DNA of 64,000 nt. Source: Eledone cirrhosa. Taxonomy: Eukaryota. Made by a program: the position numbers and the translations under genes. Location: NCBI GenBank assembly GCA_964016885.1, contig OZ024748.1, forward strand, positions 50,158,001 to 50,222,000, in the 5' to 3' direction. Below the pieces are notes generated by a model that saw only the letters and a program-made list of their open reading frames with translations, searched no databases and was not told where the DNA came from. Positions 57,438 to 64,000 of this stretch are shown in pieces (the first letter of the stretch is position 1; every line of letters begins with the position of its first letter).

Positions 57438-58943
57438 TTTTTTTCCTACTATATCATGCGTTAAACTAATATATTTCTCCATTGTTGTTTGCTTTGTTAT
57501 TTGTATACGCACGCGCACACACACATAGACATAATCCCCACCATATATATATTTTTTTTACTATTTATTGAATTAGCAGGCCAAGAAGAAATTTAAGTGT
57601 CGTGTCTAGGGCTAATTATTATTATTTCTGCGTTTTTTTTTTTGCTATGTCTAAACGAATGTCCTTTGTTGATGAACATTGTCAGTTTCCACGACGAGTG
57701 AGATCAATGCTGATGATATATAATTTAAATTGTTATACATCGATTTCTTTAGGAAATAGAATTTCAGAATGACCACGTTCATGAAAAGAGGCGTTTTAGA
57801 GTGAAATATTATTGTGTTTTGGGGTAAGGGCGTGTTGTTTTTTATGCACAATGCAGGGAGAAATTTATCGTTATATTCCTTCTTCATGTTGATGTGGCAT
57901 AGTATGAACAGAGTAAAAAGAAATCAGCTTTTAATTCTATCACCATCTTTAATACATGATTTTAATGAGTCAAAAAATATATATCAATGTTTATTACTTA
58001 TTGACACTGCCTTGGTCTATTGGTCATTAATATGGCTGTGGAAATGCTGTACTGTAATATCTATGGCGTAGTTCAGAGGAGAGATTTGAACATCAGTTGC
58101 GAAACATTGTCGTATCACGGAGTACTTTCAATACTCATAACAGTAAGCGATATTTCCTTTACTTACTTCATTGAAAATAGATGAACTGACTCAGTCTGTA
58201 GTATATGATTTAACCCATATGAAACAAAGCGGGTTACTGTTCAAGGAACCTGAATCAACGACATTTTAGCTGGCGTTTCGATACTTGCTTGTGCAGCAGA
58301 AACTGTGTAATCAAATTGCAATTCTCCGTTACATCCCGTAAAATCTTAATAAAATAGACCCACAATCCACTTCTGTAGTGGTATGTGAAAATGTATTAAA
58401 TGCTCTCTCGTTACAATTTTCAATTCACTAAAGATTTAAACTTCATGTGTATGGCAATAATCCTTCAATTAACCTACAAAAGCCCACAAAGAAAACAAAT
58501 AATTCATGTTATCGAATCGATACACTACGAAGGGTTAGATTTCATTATTTTTGCAATGGAGACAAGGACATGATTTTGCTGTTGAAATCTGCCAATTCAA
58601 TTAAATGCCTCCAAGTTTTCTACTAGAGGAATAAAAAATCATATTGAAAGGACTGGTAATATATCAAATAGTTGAATCATTTATATAATAAAAGATATGT
58701 TACGGGGCTAACAGACAAGTTATTATACAAAACGAACCTACAATTGAAGAGTTTCTTTCACATCCAAGAATGGAGGATGGTAATGTCTTCAGTATATTTG
58801 GCATCACGTGAAACTAGCAGAGCTTATTTAAGTTCCGGCAGTCATAGAGGTGATAGGTGTATAATTGTATGTGTGTAGATGTCGATATTTCCATATCTCA
58901 CGCTGACTCTTTCCCGATTCATACATTCATACATTCACTCATA

Positions 58944-59008
<65 letters not shown>

Positions 59009-59280
59009 ATACACATATATATTAATATACACATACATTCATACACTATATGTATGTATATATATATATATGTTATATATATATATAATATATATACTAT
59101 AATATATATATATATAATAGATATTATATTTATATATGTATGTATATATATGTATGCATGTATGTACGTATATATATAAATATATATATATATATGAATA
59201 CTGATGTATTCATATATACATCCACAGACACACAGTAACGTGCTGCCTTCTACGCCCTTATGGTCAAGTTTATGCTTATA

Positions 59281-59366
<86 letters not shown>

Positions 59367-60539
59367 CATATTAATGGGTGTGTCTGTATGCATGTTGTTA
59401 TGCATGGGCACGTGTAGGCAGCCTATCTTCAGGCTGGATAATGTATCGTTGTGAAATTAACAGTAAGTTCTCAATATCAAGCAGAATTCAATTAGATCCA
59501 GCGAAGGTGTTTGTTAATCAGATTTAACATTCAATAATTCACGCCAGCTTCCCTTATTAATACAATTAGATAACCGTTAATGTGTTACAAAGATGAACAT
59601 TTCATTGCACTTATATTTCCATAACGCTCTTAGCTTCAACTGAAAATGGCTGCCTATCTACCCATTTTTACATCTTCCTAGCTATATACCTAATTATCAG
59701 CCTACGTACGAACCTAGTCCTACCGTCCTACCTTCCTACCTATCTACCTATCTACCTACTTACATACCTATCTAATTTCCTAAATATAAATATATATACC
59801 ATTAAAAATAGAAAAACTCACAGAGGTATATATATTTACATACGTGTTTGTGTGTGTGCGTGTACGTACGTACACATATGTGTATTTATTAAATAACTAA
59901 TAAAAGAAAGAAGACATATATATTACAATTTCTAGTATCATGTTCTAGTATGTGCATTTCGACAATATTCTTGTCCTCGTGACAAAAGTAAAAGTCTGTA
60001 ATTCACAATGTAAGATGAACATCATGTTTCCAATAATGAAACTGCAACAGATATTCACTACAATTAATATGTCTTTTATTTGTTAGCTGAACGGTAGAAG
60101 AAGCACACTACACATTTACGTTAAATTTCACCCCCTTCTATATTAGCCAGCAGACAGTTGGTCAGTGCAACAAGACAATACATGTAGGTGGAGACATAAA
60201 AAGTATAAGGTATGACCTTTTAGAGTTTTCCTAGGAATATTTCACATTGTGTGTTACTAATGTAAATATTAGTTGCAATGTCGATGGAATAACAAAATGG
60301 TTTGTCTTTTTAAGATAACCATTTAAAATTAGGAGTACAAATCTTGCGAAATTTGTCTTTGCCTTTCGTTATTCTGTGGTTGATAACACGACTGCGAGAT
60401 AAAACTGTAGGTCGATATGGTAACCTGTTTGCTAACGACGAAAAATGTACCTCTGTTCCAGACTATTGGCAAAAGTCATACTGGAGCATCAACATTTTTA
60501 CTACACCTTCTATTGCCGTCCTCCCTTTGTTGGTCATTG

Positions 60540-61025
60540 GTGAACACGAGATTTTTATTACTGTCCTTATTTGTAGTTGTTGGCATACTGTGGATTCATC
60601 TGGGTTCTTAGATAGCACAATGTCTAGATGCTCGTTGAAATCCCTTACATCCTCCTCATGTAGATATCTCAGAGCTTTTGGCAACATATTAAATCACAAG
60701 CTAATGCTCCTTAATTTAGATTTGAAAGATGTGACCTCTGGTATTAGGCAGTGGCGTCTTGTTCGGGGTAGGTCAAGCTCTCAACACCAAAGTTTGGTGC
60801 TAGCCCTTCCAGGATCGTCCATGTATATATCACTGCGTATCTCTCGCATCTTCGATCCATGGAGTAGAGTTTTAATTTTTTCAGACCCTTTCAGTGAAAC
60901 AATCTTTTGTGTGAAACGTCGTTGGACTTCTTCAAATTCTCCAGTTATACGGCGTGAGATGACCATAGCTCATAGCTGAGAGTAGTAATCCAGTTGGCCG
61001 AGAAGAAATGCCAACCAGAGGACCA
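60540..61025 (-). mobile_element. Decayed CR1-like LINE ORF2 C-terminus
   Basis: Minus frames: LWLAFLLGQLDYYSQL*...EFEEVQRRFTQKIVSLKG and FNMLPKALRYLHEEDVRDFNEHLDIVLSKNPDES, matching the LDY.SQ.W..LE.VQRRFT / FN.LP..LR...FK..LD..L...PD pattern; stops and frameshifts present. Confidence 0.75.
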
Positions 61026-61719
61026 TACATTGCTGTGCTGTTCGAGAGTTAGGGCACTCAGTCGGACAAGAGACGTGATCTTGTACTTTGTCTGGAAAAA
61101 TTACTTTAATATATTGGGGTACTAATAAAAGACAATGTCAATTCCTACGAGATTTGATCTCAAAACTTTAAAAGGTGTGTTTAAAACATTCTGACACTTT
61201 TACTACATTCACAACTCAATAATAATAATAATAACAATAATGATGATGATAATGATTATAACAATGGCAATAACAACACGAATAGTAGTATTGATATCAA
61301 AGAATAGCTGTTGAAAAGATAAAGAAACTATATGTTGAGAAGAATGTTTTTTTTTTTCTGCATTAAATGATTTTTCTTCCGAAACTTTTAATCCTGGCAG
61401 CCCAGAGGAAATACAACTCGCTCTTGAATAATAAATGTTTCCATGATGTGTTGTTGCCAGAAAAATATATACGGATATTTTCTAAAACATACTGAAAAGA
61501 TCGCGTCAGCATAATCTACTAGGAACAAACATATATAAACACATGAATCGGCTAAACCAACAAAAATATGGCAATAAAAAACTATTAGAAGTACAATTAC
61601 AGCTACTGTACAAAAGAATGATGAAACAAAGAAACAAGTGTAAATTGAAAAATACATATATCCATTATATTCATTTACGAATGTAGTTGTTGCTGTTGTT
61701 GTTATTATCACCATCATCG

Positions 61720-61757
<38 letters not shown>

Positions 61758-62601
61758 GCGTATATTAGAATTATATAGTAAATAACAGGAAGTTACACAT
61801 ATATCTTATTTTATAATACTCTTTTGAAAGGAATATCCTAAATAATCTTTGATTATTTCTTTTTCTTTCTATCGTTCGTCTTCTTCTTCATCTTCTTGAT
61901 AAATAATTTTCTATATTTTCTATCTTCCATGTTGACCAAAAATGGCGGCATGTTTCGGCACTGTTCAAATTATGTACATAGTCTTCCGGAAAAGGGAAAG
62001 TGAAACAAAAAAACATACCAACAAAACTCTCACACACACAAAAGCACAAAACATAAAATAAATAAGAACACGGCAACAAAAACAAACCAACAAAATTACT
62101 AAACAAAGAAAAATAAATAAACTAAAACAAAACAACAATCTTCAAAAGAAGAAAATGAATCACATCTAACGAACTTGCAAAGCAAAAATTTAGTTGTGTT
62201 TATGCCTTAAGATATGGAGGAAAGACAGGAGAAGAGAGAGAGAGAGAGGGGGGGGGGGGAGAAAGAGACAGAAAAATAGATAGGAGAATGCATTAACATA
62301 TTAACAGAAATCTCTGTATATTTTTGTACAGAATAAAGACTATTGTTGCCGGCAAAAGTCGCTTGCATATGAAAATTTCGAAAAAATAACAATAACGATG
62401 ATAATGGAGATGTTAGTAGTAATAATAATAACAACAAATACACTTCTTTATTTGTTACAAGGGCGACGGATGAGAGGGACAATAACTACACATAACAATA
62501 AAAAATATATTAACAACAAAAATGTGAAAAACAATGATGAAAATAATAATGATTTCTTTATTATACTATAATAATAATAATAATAATAGTAATAATAATA
62601 A

Positions 62602-62668
62602 TAATTGTTTCTACGTTAGGCACAAGGCCAGCAATTACCCAGTGCATTACTGGTACTTTATTTTATCG

Positions 62669-62699
<31 letters not shown>

Positions 62700-62905
62700 T
62701 AATAATATTAAATAATATTAATAATATTAAATAATGTTAATAATATTAATAATAAATATTATTTCTAAATTAGGCAAAAGGCCAGCAGTTCTCGGGGAGG
62801 GAAATATCGATTAAATCGACCCCAGTAGTTTACTGGTAGTATATCTTACCCATAACAGAAGGATAACAGACAAAATTGACCTTGGTGGTTCTTGAACTCA
62901 GATCG
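62602..62905 (-). mobile_element. Two SINE family 1 fragments in an (AAT)n tract
   Basis: 62602-62670 is a young 3' end; 62757-62905 is a diverged copy. Confidence 0.75.
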
Positions 62906-63014
62906 ACGAAAGATGTTCAAAATAGCGACGACCCACACTTGATGCAGCCATGAAGACTGGATGACTAAATATAATATGTATATGTATATATATATATATT
63001 AATATATATATATA

Positions 63015-63092
<78 letters not shown>

Positions 63093-63142
63093 TATATATA
63101 TATATAATATATAATATATATATATATTAATATATATATATA

Positions 63143-63184
<42 letters not shown>

Positions 63185-63260
63185 TATATATATATTAATA
63201 TATATATATCGTTTCTGAATTTGTTTGAATATTATTGGCAACATGACCCTCCCAAAGTAT

Positions 63261-63297
<37 letters not shown>

Positions 63298-63347
63298 TAT
63301 ATATATATTAATATGTATATATATATATTAATATATATATATATATA

Positions 63348-63629
<282 letters not shown>

Positions 63630-63652
63630 GGAGAGATGTATATGTATATATA

Positions 63653-63800
63653 TATTGCGGACATTGTTGCTCATACCAAGGAGAACATGCATGCAATCTT
63701 GGACCTACATTCTGGGCCACTCACAGGTTTCGGGCTAACTATCAACACAGAAAAGATCAAGCTCATGTATAGACCACATTTTGAGCAACATTACGCCACC
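63653..63800 (+). mobile_element. RTE-like reverse transcriptase fragment
   Basis: [41 protein letters not shown] resembles the segment just after YADD in RTE-clade RT (ALVAH....Q..LD......FGL.IN..KTK.M.QP). Confidence 0.65.
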
Positions 63801-64000
63801 ATCTTTATTCAGGATCAGAATTATAAATAATCGTTTGATATCTATTTACATACTATTCACAACCACACATACGCGCACATCTACAATTTCATATAAAATA
63901 TAAATGTATAAATGTTGTTTATATGAACATAAATATAATCATATGATATAAATGGAATATCTTTTGATATTCCGGCTTTCTGCACGCTGTGTTCAAATTC

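Noticed and set aside
60344-60979. 211-aa plus-strand ORF
   Set aside because: It is antisense to a decayed CR1-like ORF2 and has no recognisable motif.

Overview
AT-rich, microsatellite-saturated eukaryotic non-coding DNA (intergenic or intronic). The SINE types and the (TA)n/(CA)n/(GA)n/(TATG)n load strongly resemble an octopod cephalopod (Octopus) genome; this is an inference. I can support no intact host gene: nearly all supplied ORFs are translations of simple repeats. Recognisable content: two tRNA-derived SINE families (some copies with 14-17 bp TSDs), decayed LINE fragments (RTE-, CR1- and CRE-like), two DNA-transposon MITEs and large (ACC)n-rich arrays. The main signal is a dense population of short non-coding elements sitting inside (TA)n tracts. 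Many carry minimal type-I hammerhead ribozyme (HHR) motifs: stem I, CUGANGA, stem II, GAAA, a self-complementary stem III, UH, stem I'. I count eight core-intact motifs from at least six sequence families, plus several decayed ones. They frequently occur as fold-back palindromes with divergent ribozymes and nested inner hairpins, matching Penelope-like-element (PLE) pseudo-LTRs or retrozyme-like derivatives. A 1.08-kb ACC-rich block flanked by a 25-bp direct repeat also looks like a mobilised unit. All motif calls were made by eye, with no folding or database searches.
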